A stretch of DNA of 33,999 nucleotides from Pseudomonadota bacterium (GTDB lineage Bacteria > Pseudomonadota > Alphaproteobacteria > Rhodobacterales > Rhodobacteraceae). Below the pieces are notes generated by a model. That model was not told the DNA's origin. It did no database searches and saw only the letters and a program-made list of their open reading frames with translations. Within the stretch, counting starts at the first letter, position 1, and each line of letters begins with the position of its first letter. Positions 19,768 through 28,528 of this stretch are shown here, one piece after another. Location: the NCBI GenBank assembly GCA_022573605.1, contig JACZTQ010000001.1:1-33999 (forward strand). Reading direction: 5' to 3'. A program made the position numbers and the translations under genes.

Positions 19768-19935
19768 CTACTGTGCAGAGGCAATCACCATAGAATTGTA
19801 AGCATAGGTCTTCCAACCCGGCCTATAGCCCTCGCTCGCCTGGTTGCCCCACACCGTCCAACCTTTGCGCCCGACACCGCCGAAAAGCTCCATCTACGGG
19901 CTCCAGCTACCGCTTTCGATGACCTCGTACTGCTC
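19768..19935 (-). pseudogene. MT-A70-family adenine methyltransferase C-terminal remnant
   Basis: Manual translation: EQYEVIESGSWSP*MELFGGVGRKGWTVWGNQASEGYRPGWKTYAYNSMVIASAQ*. This matches the MT-A70 C-terminal pattern (E.Y..IE..S.GPYLELF.R..R.GW..WGN[QE]), with an in-frame TAG at 19894-19896 and no N-terminal part. Confidence 0.72.
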
Positions 19936-20081
19936 GCCCGCCAAAAAACCTTTTTTTGAAATCCCTTTGTTTTTTAACGGACGCTTCGGGCGTAAGCGCG
20001 GACGGGGCGATGAAGCGGCTCCCTCCCCCCGCGTGGGCTTCGCAGGGGAGGGGCTTCGGGTCCCTCAAGGTGCAACGCAGT

Positions 20082-20117
20082 CCCCTCCCCCAAAAAGGGG
20101 GAGGGTTAGGGTGGGGG
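20082..20117. repeat. C/G-tract palindromic REP-like element, copy 2
   Basis: CCCTCCCCC-AAAAA-GGGGGAGGG-TTAGGGTGGGGG, ~40 nt past the last stop of the minus-strand operon. A related hairpin lies at 20021-20053. Confidence 0.62.
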
Positions 20118-20154
20118 TCGCTGCGGTATGAGCCCTGCGCAGAGGCCGCCGGTA

Positions 20155-23100
20155 TCAGTGGCGCCCCAGCGGCAGCCCGCCCAGCGCCATCGTCCGGCCG
20201 CGCCGGGCGAAGGTGGTGACGGTCTCCTGACGCTGGACGCCGCCCTCGATGATGGTGATCAGCGGGATGCCGAGGCTGACCGACAACTCGGCGATAAAGC
20301 CGATCCCGGTCCCCGACATGTCCTCCAGCGTGTGGATGCCGATCCCCGGCCCCTCGCCGAGATCCAGCGAGCCGCCGCGCGCGATCGCCGAACCCGAGAA
20401 CCTGGTCTCGTCGCCGAACACCACGGTGAGCTGCACCGATGCGCCGACGCTGTAGATCCAGCCGACGGCGCCCGAGGCCGATCCGTAGTAGCCGATCTTG
20501 CGCCCCGGAGCGAACACCGCCCCGGCGCCGAAATAACCCCCGGCGCCGAGCGCTCCGCCGCCGGATACCCCGAGCCCGACGGTGATGTTGTGCCGGTCGC
20601 AGAGATCGAGGATGCCGCCGATGCCGCCGATGAAACTCAACCCCGGGACCGCTCCAAGGGCGGTGTCGAGGGCGAAGATCGCCAGCTCGACCTCCCAGCC
20701 CGAAAGCACCGTCGGCCCGGGCAGGTGGATCGTGGCGCCCCCGCCGAGCGGCCGGGCATAGCTCCGGGCCGCCGCCCCCGGCGGGGTCAGGAGCCGGTCG
20801 AGATAGGCTCGCGCCTGCTCCTCGGTGGCGCCGTTCGCCACCGCCCGGGCGATCGCCGCGTCACGGTCCCCCGCCGAGGCGGCGGGCGCCGCCGGCGCCC
20901 GGGTGTCGGCCGCGCCCGGCCTGGCCAGCGGCAGCCCTCCGATCACGCCGCGGTCGCGCGCCACAATCGGCAGCCCGCCGATGGTACGCGACGAGAGCCG
21001 GTGCCGGGGGCCGGAGGCCGCGGCCAGGCTGAACACATTGACCGAACTGATCCCGCCGCCCATCGCCCAGTTGATCTTGTCGGGCGTCAGCAGGCAGATG
21101 GTGTTTTCGATGTCGGTCGGTCCGCTGACCAGGATGCCCATCACCGGGATGCGCCCCGGCAGGCGGTCGCCGGACATGTTGTCGGTGAAGTCGATGAAGG
21201 CCGGCGACCCGGAGGTTCCGACCAGCGCGAAGATCATCAGGTTGGCGGTCTCCCCGGCCGGCCCGATCGAACGGATACGATCGATATCGAGATGCTGGAT
21301 GGTGGAGTCGACGCGGCCGCGGCCCGAGGCATAGCCGGTGATCGCAACCGGCGTATCGGGGACCGGAGAGAAGTTGATCAGATCGAAATGCAGCCCGTTC
21401 GGCGGGCCGTTGACGCCCGGGTCGGGCACCCGGATCACCGCCATGTCGAAGGTGCTGTTGTTCCCGCTCGAGGCGTATTGGGGATGGATCGTCCAGTCGC
21501 CCGAGGTGACCTTGAACGACTTGAGGTCACTCCCCGCCCCGCTGCCGTGTTGCCCGACGTGGACCATGATCTCGCTGGCGCCTACGGGGACATGGCCGGC
21601 GGTCAGGATCAGGTCGGGGGTAATGTAGAAGCCCGTACCATGCCCACCGAAGCTGCCATCCGCCAGGAAAGTGTCGAGCTTGCAGATCGCCGAGAACGGA
21701 AAATAGCCGGTCTCGGTAACACCGGCGGCGAAGCTTCCCCGCCGCACCAGCCGGTCGATGATCTTCTGAATCAGGTCGATCGGGCCGGTCGCGTTCAGCG
21801 GCATGATGCTGATATCGCCGGCATCCATCGCCCGAGCCAGGCCGAAGGCCGAGGCCGGGATCGCCCGCGCGCCCATGATCCAGTCGTTCTTCCGCGGCGT
21901 CAGCAGCACGCCGCGATTGAGGTTCGGGTTATCTTCTGGCGACTTGATATGGACGCCCATCACCCGCCACTGCTCGGTCGGGTCCGGCACCGACTGGGTG
22001 TCGGTGAAGCCGACGAAGACCGGCGACCCGGACGAGCCTTTCAGGGTTTGCAGATTGTATTCGACGATCTCGCCGCCGTTGGACAGCGCGCGCACATGGT
22101 CGATGTCCAGATGCTGGACGGTGCTGTCCACCGGCTGCACCGACCGTTTTCCCCAAGCGTAGCCGCAGACCGCGACCGGCGTCTCCGGTGACGGGCTGTA
22201 GTTGATCAACTGGAAATGCTGACCGTTCGGCGCCGCGTTCTTGGCCCGGATCACGCACAGGTCGAAATTGGGGTCCTCGCTGGCGAGATAGTTCGGATGC
22301 ACCTCCCAGTCCCCGGGCGACAGCGTGAAGTCAGGCGTCGAGGAGGGTCCGTTCTGGCCCGCCGTCACCGTGGCGCTCAGCGCCTGGCCGGTGACCGCGT
22401 CATAGAAGTTGTGGCCGCAGGTCAGGATCAGGTCGGGCGCGACATAGAAACCGGTGCCGTGGCCCGATCCGCTCGGGAACTGCATCTCCAGCCGGCAGAT
22501 CGCCGAGAACGGGAAGAACGAGGTGTCGCGAACCCCGGCCACGAAGCTCTGGCGGCGGCGGAAGTAATCGATGATCTCGTCGATCAGCTCCATCGGGTTG
22601 CGCGCCTCCAGCACCGGGCCGACATAGGCCTGCGCGCGGGCGATCGCCTGGCTCGAAGCCGCCGGCGGCTCCACCGTCGTGTCGACCTCGAACTCGGCCG
22701 GCGGGAACAGCGACAGCGGGGTCTGGCCGGCGGCCTCCGGGTCGTGCGAATAGACCAGCCGCTCGTCGACATAGACCTCGTAGGCGGGAAAGCCGTCATG
22801 GTTGCCGGTGACGGTCACGGCGGGGCTCTCCGGGGCGCCGTGGAAGCTGACGGTGAGGTCGCAATCGATGTTCGGCGACATCGTCACCAGCGGAATCCCG
22901 CCCGAGGCATAGAGCCTGACCGAGCCGAGGGAGTCGGCGACATCGGCGCTATCGGCGCTGTAGGAGGCCCAGAGATTATCCTCGGTCCGTTGCAGGCGCC
23001 CGGCGTCGAGCGGCTCGGCGCCCTCGTTGAGCAGCCACCACCAGTCCGGCTTGTTGGGCGCCTTGGTGACGTCGGAGGGCGCGTATTCATGGCTCTCGCC

Positions 23101-23391
23101 CCATTGCGGCGGCGTCAGGTAGCGGATGAACGCGCCATTCTCGTAAGGTTGCGCATCGGCGCCCTGGAGGATCGCTTTGACCTGCATCTCGGCGCGCGAG
23201 GTGCCGCCGGAATACTGGAACCCGCGCCCGTCGCCGCTGAAATAGCGATTGTCGACGAACGGCACCGGCATCTCGATGACCGGGGCCGGGATGAAGATGC
23301 GCAGTTTGACATCGACCTCGTGCTGGCCGGCGCTCATGGCGCCGGAGCGAACACGGTTGCTGGTGCTGGAATAGTCAAGCGGATAGGCCAT
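20155..23391 (-). CDS. Multi-domain protein: DUF3238-like domain, two trypsin-like (V8-type) serine protease domains, Gly-rich C-terminal domain
   Basis: N-domain has FSGDGRGF..GTSRA and GNHDGFPAYEVYV (DUF3238-like, from memory of the family). Protease 1: GTGF..LTCGH, FDLCVI, KGSSGSPV. Protease 2: GTGF..LTAGH, FDMAVI, VGTSGSP. SD GAGAGG; no signal peptide visible. Confidence 0.85.
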   Translation of the reverse strand: MAYPLDYSSTSNRVRSGAMSAGQHEVDVKLRIFIPAPVIEMPVPFVDNRYFSGDGRGFQYSGGTSRAEMQVKAILQGADAQPYENGAFIRYLTPPQWGESHEYAPSDVTKAPNKPDWWWLLNEGAEPLDAGRLQRTEDNLWASYSADSADVADSLGSVRLYASGGIPLVTMSPNIDCDLTVSFHGAPESPAVTVTGNHDGFPAYEVYVDERLVYSHDPEAAGQTPLSLFPPAEFEVDTTVEPPAASSQAIARAQAYVGPVLEARNPMELIDEIIDYFRRRQSFVAGVRDTSFFPFSAICRLEMQFPSGSGHGTGFYVAPDLILTCGHNFYDAVTGQALSATVTAGQNGPSSTPDFTLSPGDWEVHPNYLASEDPNFDLCVIRAKNAAPNGQHFQLINYSPSPETPVAVCGYAWGKRSVQPVDSTVQHLDIDHVRALSNGGEIVEYNLQTLKGSSGSPVFVGFTDTQSVPDPTEQWRVMGVHIKSPEDNPNLNRGVLLTPRKNDWIMGARAIPASAFGLARAMDAGDISIMPLNATGPIDLIQKIIDRLVRRGSFAAGVTETGYFPFSAICKLDTFLADGSFGGHGTGFYITPDLILTAGHVPVGASEIMVHVGQHGSGAGSDLKSFKVTSGDWTIHPQYASSGNNSTFDMAVIRVPDPGVNGPPNGLHFDLINFSPVPDTPVAITGYASGRGRVDSTIQHLDIDRIRSIGPAGETANLMIFALVGTSGSPAFIDFTDNMSGDRLPGRIPVMGILVSGPTDIENTICLLTPDKINWAMGGGISSVNVFSLAAASGPRHRLSSRTIGGLPIVARDRGVIGGLPLARPGAADTRAPAAPAASAGDRDAAIARAVANGATEEQARAYLDRLLTPPGAAARSYARPLGGGATIHLPGPTVLSGWEVELAIFALDTALGAVPGLSFIGGIGGILDLCDRHNITVGLGVSGGGALGAGGYFGAGAVFAPGRKIGYYGSASGAVGWIYSVGASVQLTVVFGDETRFSGSAIARGGSLDLGEGPGIGIHTLEDMSGTGIGFIAELSVSLGIPLITIIEGGVQRQETVTTFARRGRTMALGGLPLGRH

Positions 23392-23464
23392 GGCGCCTCT
23401 CTTCCTCTCTGCTGGGTTGGGCGCATCGGGGTGCGCGCGCTCGTTGGGTCGATGGAGGGCCGGG

Positions 23465-24769
23465 TCATTGCGTCGGCCCTCCGGTGATCGGCTTGTTGGC
23501 GGCCGGGTTGGGGGTGTTGGCCTGGATCGAGCTGATCACCCCGGCATCGGCGAAACGCTCGAGCGGGAAGACATCGGACTTGAAGCGCAGATCGATCTCG
23601 CCGGTGAGGTTCGCCGAGACGTCGATTTCGCTCTCCGAATTCTTCTGCGAGCTCGAGACATAGGCGACCGTGGTCTTCACGCTGGCGCTGACCGGCGACA
23701 GGAACCAGCCATAGCTGGCTTGGGCCTCGGTCTTGGTGTCGAATTTCTGCGCCTCGCGGGCGCGGGTGACATCGGTGGTGTCGATCCGGAAGCCCATGCC
23801 GGCCTTGATCCGCCCGCGGGTGACGACGATGCGGTTGATGCCCATCAGCACCATCGAAGCCAGCGTCTGCTGCCTGCTCTGCGCCAGCTTGCGCCGGGCC
23901 GCGGGGACCAGCGTCTGCTCGATGGTCTCGGCATCGATCCCGGTCACCTCCTCGGAGAGATTGAGGTCGCGGCGGAAATTGGGCGGGTCCATGTCGTCGG
24001 CATTGGCGGTCGGGCGCAGTTGCGGGCCTTCGCTGGTGATCTCGAGCCGGATCACCTGGGGATAGGCGCTGACAAGCCAGTCGCGGGCGTTGTTGTCGGT
24101 GATGTTGTCCCGCATGAACTCGTCGACCGTCTTGGCGACATTGGAGAGCAGCTCGCCGAAGGCCTCCATCTGCTGGATCGAGGCATCGACGATGGCCTGG
24201 AAGGTGCCCTTGATCAGGTCGGCCACGAAGGTCGGGAAGGCGATCGCGTTCAGCGTATCCTCGGTGATCCGGGCGACATTCGCGGCCGCGACCGGAGTCA
24301 TGCCCTCCTCGCCGGCAAAGCCCTCGGCCTGGGCCCGCGCCAGTGGCGGCCGGCCCGCGGTGTGGGCCGGGGCGTGGGCCGGGGCGCTTTTCGGTTCGGG
24401 CGCGCGGCCCGGTATCGCGGCGCGCCGCCGGCGCGGTGGCGGGACCGGCTCCACCGTGCCCTCGATGATCCTGCGCTCGCGCACCACCGGGGTCTGGCCG
24501 AGGATTTTCGACTGGTGCCAGTCGTCGTGGACCAGCGTTGCCGCATAGGTCGAGATCTTCTCCAGATCGCGGCGCATGCTGTCGCGGGTGTCGCCGGAGA
24601 GCTGGTGGAAGGCCGGGCTCGACTCGAGCAGGGCGCGAACCTGGCCCGCCGCCAGGGTGCGGACCTCCGGCGAGGTTTCCATCTCGGCGCCCGGAGGCGT
24701 GGCGAACGGTCCGGGAAGCGGGTTTTCGGATAACCCCGCGATCGGGAGGCCATGGCTCGGCTGTGTCAT
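23465..24769 (-). CDS. Hypothetical protein, beta-hairpin family paralogue 3
   Basis: Shares AIAFPTFVADLIKGTFQAIVDASIQQME, MVLMGINRIVV and LTGEIDLRFKSD..PL with two other genes in the operon. Start is 1 nt after the upstream stop, with SD GGAGG. Confidence 0.88.
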   Translation of the reverse strand: MTQPSHGLPIAGLSENPLPGPFATPPGAEMETSPEVRTLAAGQVRALLESSPAFHQLSGDTRDSMRRDLEKISTYAATLVHDDWHQSKILGQTPVVRERRIIEGTVEPVPPPRRRRAAIPGRAPEPKSAPAHAPAHTAGRPPLARAQAEGFAGEEGMTPVAAANVARITEDTLNAIAFPTFVADLIKGTFQAIVDASIQQMEAFGELLSNVAKTVDEFMRDNITDNNARDWLVSAYPQVIRLEITSEGPQLRPTANADDMDPPNFRRDLNLSEEVTGIDAETIEQTLVPAARRKLAQSRQQTLASMVLMGINRIVVTRGRIKAGMGFRIDTTDVTRAREAQKFDTKTEAQASYGWFLSPVSASVKTTVAYVSSSQKNSESEIDVSANLTGEIDLRFKSDVFPLERFADAGVISSIQANTPNPAANKPITGGPTQ

Positions 24770-24770
24770 C

Positions 24771-26276
24771 TTATCCTCCCAGGTATCCGCCGGCGATGCC
24801 GCCGACCGCTTCGCCGATCATCTGGCCCTGCTCGCCGCCGACGGCGCCGCCGATGGCGCCGCCGGCGGTTGCGCCGGCGGCGCTGTAATCGCCGCTGGCG
24901 GCGTCCCGGATCACGCTGCCCGCGGTATCGCCGATGGTTTGCCCGGGGGCATCTTGCCGCGGGATCTCGGCGTCGCTCGGCGCCGGCAGCCGGCGCATCC
25001 GGGCATCGACCACCGATGCGGCGGACGGGCCGGTATCGAGGCGGGCGGCAGGCGGGGAGATGCCCCCGTGAAGCGGGGTATTGGCCTCCGGGTTCGGCGT
25101 GTTGGCGCGGATCCGTTCGATCGCCTCGGCCCGCGCCAGCCGGTTGAGCGGCATGTAGTCGGTCTCGAAGGTCACATCGACCTCGCCGGTCAGATCGGCC
25201 GAGACGTTCAGCGCGCTGTCGCTGTCCTGCCTGGTCGAGCGCACATAGGTGATCGAGGTCCGGGCCGAAAAAGCCACGTAGTAGAAGCCGGAGACCGACA
25301 ACTGGGTGCTGGTGTCGAAGGCGCTGGCGCTCTCCTGGTGCAGCCGGTCGCTGGCGTCGATATGAAACCCCATGGTGGCGCGGATGCGGCCGTGGCGCAC
25401 CACGATGCGCTGCAATCCCAGCATCACCATCGACGACAGCATCTGCAACCGCGACTGCGCCAGCTTGCGCCTTGCGGCCGGAACCAGCTGCTCCTCGATC
25501 ACCGTGTCGTCGAGGCTCGTGATCGGCTCGGGCAGGTTCAGGGCGCCCCGCAGGGCGGTCAGGTCGGCCGCGCTGGCCTCGTCTCCCGCCTCGGTGGTCT
25601 CCACCCGGGGTTCCTCGTCTTCGGTATTGACCACCATCAGATGGGGGTAGGACTGGGCCAGCCAGTCGCGCGCCTGGTTGTCGGTGATGTTCTCGGCCAT
25701 GTACTGGTCCACGGTCTTGGAGACGTCGCTGATCAGTTGCAGGAAGGTTTCCATCTGCTTGATGGTCGAGCCGACGATGGCGTCGAACGAGCCCTTGATC
25801 AGGTCGGCCACGAAGGTCGGGAAGGCGATGGCCCGCAGCGTGGACTCGGTGACCTCGCCGATCCGCGCCGTCGCGCCGCTGCGAAAGTCGCCCTGCGCCG
25901 TCAGCGCCCGCGCCGGCGGCTCGGGCATCCGGTAGATCTGCTCGGTCTTCACCAGCGGCCGCTGTCCCAGGCGCCGCGATTGCGCCCAGTCGTCGCGCAC
26001 CAACTCGGCGGCATAGGCGGAAATCCGCACCAGGCGTTCGCGCAAGGTGGTCTGATCGCCGGTTGAAAGCGCGTGGTAGGACGGTGTGCGCTCGAGCAGC
26101 GCCCGAACCTGCCCATCGACCAGGTTGAGCGTCTCCGGCCCGGGAATCACGCCGTCGGGCGATGGCGGCTTGTCGAAGGGCGCGGGCAGCGCCTCGGGCA
26201 AGCGCCCGCCGCCCGCCGGCGGAGGCGCCGGCTTGACGGCTGCAATCGGGGTGTGCCTGATGCTCATGGCGTTCAT
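24771..26276 (-). CDS. Hypothetical protein, beta-hairpin family paralogue 2, with C-terminal glycine zipper
   Basis: True start at ATG 26276 (ATGA overlap) or 26267, not 29141. AIAFPTFVADLIKGSFDAIV, MVMLGLQRIVV, LTGEVDVTFETDYMPL; ends GATAGGAIGGAVGG...IGEAVGGIAGGYLGG. Confidence 0.87.
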   Translation of the reverse strand: MNAMSIRHTPIAAVKPAPPPAGGGRLPEALPAPFDKPPSPDGVIPGPETLNLVDGQVRALLERTPSYHALSTGDQTTLRERLVRISAYAAELVRDDWAQSRRLGQRPLVKTEQIYRMPEPPARALTAQGDFRSGATARIGEVTESTLRAIAFPTFVADLIKGSFDAIVGSTIKQMETFLQLISDVSKTVDQYMAENITDNQARDWLAQSYPHLMVVNTEDEEPRVETTEAGDEASAADLTALRGALNLPEPITSLDDTVIEEQLVPAARRKLAQSRLQMLSSMVMLGLQRIVVRHGRIRATMGFHIDASDRLHQESASAFDTSTQLSVSGFYYVAFSARTSITYVRSTRQDSDSALNVSADLTGEVDVTFETDYMPLNRLARAEAIERIRANTPNPEANTPLHGGISPPAARLDTGPSAASVVDARMRRLPAPSDAEIPRQDAPGQTIGDTAGSVIRDAASGDYSAAGATAGGAIGGAVGGEQGQMIGEAVGGIAGGYLGG

Positions 26277-27277
26277 GCCGGAGCCCCGCCGAAACCGCCG
26301 GCGGCGAAGCCGCGGGCGCGCGCGCCAGATCCGCCCACGGGCGCGTTGCCGTGGCCGGACCGGCGCTGCGGCTCGGCGCCATACCCGCCGCCCGCCGATT
26401 GCCGGGGCGCGTCCCCCACGGCGCGCAGCCAGGCATCGGCCCAGGCCACGGCCTCGGGAGAGGCGAGCACCGCCGCCGCCGCCGCGTCCGATTGCAGCGC
26501 CTCCAGCCGGCCGGCGGACCAGCTCAGCAACCGCATCCCGTTCTGGGCCCGGGCCACCCGCGTCCCCAGGTCCGGGGTGTCGGCGCCGAGCACGGCGCGG
26601 ATCACGTCCCAGGCCGTCCGGCCGCGAAACAGCGTGGTCAGGCCGCGATGATCGAGCGCGGCGATGGCGAGCCGCAACTGCGCCGACATCTTCTCGGCGA
26701 CGATCAGGGTCGAGCCCAGAAGCCGCCCGCCCAGATTGGCGATCAGCGTGCGCGCGGCCATGGTGAGCCGGGCGCCGGCGCCGAACGATGGCCGGCCGAA
26801 GCGCGCCTCGTCGTCGAGCCGCCCGATGGCGCCGCAGAACATCGCGAAACGGGGCTCGAACTCGTGGTTCGCAATGGTCTGCCCGAGGCCGGGATCGGTG
26901 AAGCCGAGACCGAAGACGCGGACGAAGATCTGGTTGCGCAGGTCGCGGTCGATCCAGTCGCCGCGCATCGCCGTCGCCAGTTGCTCGATCAGTCTCGCGG
27001 CTTCGCGGTCGGAGATGTCGAGGGTGAAACGCGCGCTCGCGAGCTCCTCGGCCACCGAGAGCAGAAAGGTTCCCTCGAGCTCGGCCATGAAGTAGAGCGA
27101 GGCCAGGATCCGCATCGCCTCGGGGGTCACCGCAGCGCCCCCGGCGCCGCCGTAGGCCGGCAGGTCGATGCGGTAGGGGTCGCCCATCAAGGCCAGCGCG
27201 AAGGCCCGCGAGCGGCCGCACGAGCCGATCAGCGCATCGACATGCGTCAGCGAGTTGGAGAGAAGCGCCGAGGCCAT
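26273..27277 (-). CDS. Hypothetical helical protein, paralogue of the C-terminal part of 29640-31772
   Basis: Fits the operon (12-nt gap upstream, ATGA overlap downstream). Motif order LYFMAELE / R..IFVRVFG / NHEF / NL..R / AEKMSAQL / AWDVI parallels the 710-aa protein. Confidence 0.82.
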   Translation of the reverse strand: MASALLSNSLTHVDALIGSCGRSRAFALALMGDPYRIDLPAYGGAGGAAVTPEAMRILASLYFMAELEGTFLLSVAEELASARFTLDISDREAARLIEQLATAMRGDWIDRDLRNQIFVRVFGLGFTDPGLGQTIANHEFEPRFAMFCGAIGRLDDEARFGRPSFGAGARLTMAARTLIANLGGRLLGSTLIVAEKMSAQLRLAIAALDHRGLTTLFRGRTAWDVIRAVLGADTPDLGTRVARAQNGMRLLSWSAGRLEALQSDAAAAAVLASPEAVAWADAWLRAVGDAPRQSAGGGYGAEPQRRSGHGNAPVGGSGARARGFAAGGFGGAPA

Positions 27278-27289
27278 TCGCGCGGCCCC

Positions 27290-28513
27290 CTAGGTTCCCG
27301 GCGGCGGCGGCAGGGCGGGCGGCGGCGGCGGCGCCAGCGGCTGCACCTGGTTTAGCTGCGCCGGGGTCGGCTGCCGCGCCTGCTGCACCAGGACCGTCTC
27401 CGAGGTGCCGAGCATGTCCATCATCATCTCCAGCGGGAAGGTCTCGGACTTGAAGCGCAGATCGACATTGCCCTTCAGCGTCGCCTTGAGCGCCGACTTG
27501 CTCTCGCTGTCGTCGGTCTGGACGGTCTCCACGTTCAGCCTGGTGCGCTCCGCCTCGCGCTTCCGGGTGAAAATCCACCAGCCTTCCTTCTTCCTCCTCG
27601 CTGTCCGGTGGGTGAACGAGGACTTGATCGCGTTGGCGCGCCGCACCTGGTCGGAGGCGCTGATCTTGAACACCACCGAGGCCTGGATCTTGCCGTCGGT
27701 GACGACGATCCGGTTGATGCCCATCAGCACCATGGTGGCCAGCAGCTTCTGGCGGTCCATCGCCATCGACTTGCGCATCGCCGGCACGACCTCCTGCTTC
27801 ACCACCTCCTCGTCGGCGACATCGAGGTCGAAGGGCAGGCCCAGATTGCCCAGGAAGCTGGACATCTGGCCCTCGTCGGCATCGGCTCTCGGGACCACCG
27901 CCCCGGCGTCGAGGTCGGCTTCGAAGAGGTCGGGGTGCCCCGCGGCGAGCTGGTCCATCGCCTGCTCTTCCGAGACGTTGTCCTTCATGTATTCGTCGAC
28001 CGACTTGGCGACATTGCCGACCATCGCGGTATAGGCCTCCATCTGCTGGATCGAGGTCTCGACGATGGCGTTGAACACGCCCTCGATCAGCCCGCCGACG
28101 AAGCCGGGAAAATCGGTGGTGTTGATGAAGTCGGAGAACTGGTCGCCGGCGGCGGCGGTGGCGACGTTGGCATAGGCGTCGCCGGCGGTGTCGAAGTCTG
28201 TCTGCCTGCCGGTCGGCGCTCTTGGCGGCCTGATCGGCGTGCCCGCCAGCGCCCGTGCCGTCGGCAGCGCGCCGGTGGCGCCCTCGATCGCCGCGGTGAG
28301 CGGCAGCCCCGCGGTCTCGCCGCCGGCGTCGGCGATGAAGCGCGCGACCTTCACGGTGTCGCGCGCGGTCTCGAGCTGCCGCTCCTTGCTCAGGGCGTTG
28401 AACGCCGGCGAGCGGGTCAGGATCGACTTGACCCTGGCGCGCACCAGGTCGAGCGTTGCCGGGTCGTCGTCGAACGGGCCGTCCTGGGTTGACGGGTGGT
28501 CTTGGGGTTCCAT
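27290..28513 (-). CDS. Hypothetical protein, beta-hairpin family paralogue 1
   Basis: DFPGFVGGLIEGVFNAIVETSIQQMEAY, MVLMGINRIVVTDGKI, LKGNVDLRFKSETFPL; SD GAGAGG; Pro-rich tail. Confidence 0.88.
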   Translation of the reverse strand: MEPQDHPSTQDGPFDDDPATLDLVRARVKSILTRSPAFNALSKERQLETARDTVKVARFIADAGGETAGLPLTAAIEGATGALPTARALAGTPIRPPRAPTGRQTDFDTAGDAYANVATAAAGDQFSDFINTTDFPGFVGGLIEGVFNAIVETSIQQMEAYTAMVGNVAKSVDEYMKDNVSEEQAMDQLAAGHPDLFEADLDAGAVVPRADADEGQMSSFLGNLGLPFDLDVADEEVVKQEVVPAMRKSMAMDRQKLLATMVLMGINRIVVTDGKIQASVVFKISASDQVRRANAIKSSFTHRTARRKKEGWWIFTRKREAERTRLNVETVQTDDSESKSALKATLKGNVDLRFKSETFPLEMMMDMLGTSETVLVQQARQPTPAQLNQVQPLAPPPPPALPPPPGT

Positions 28514-28528
28514 GGGCGCGTCCTCTCT

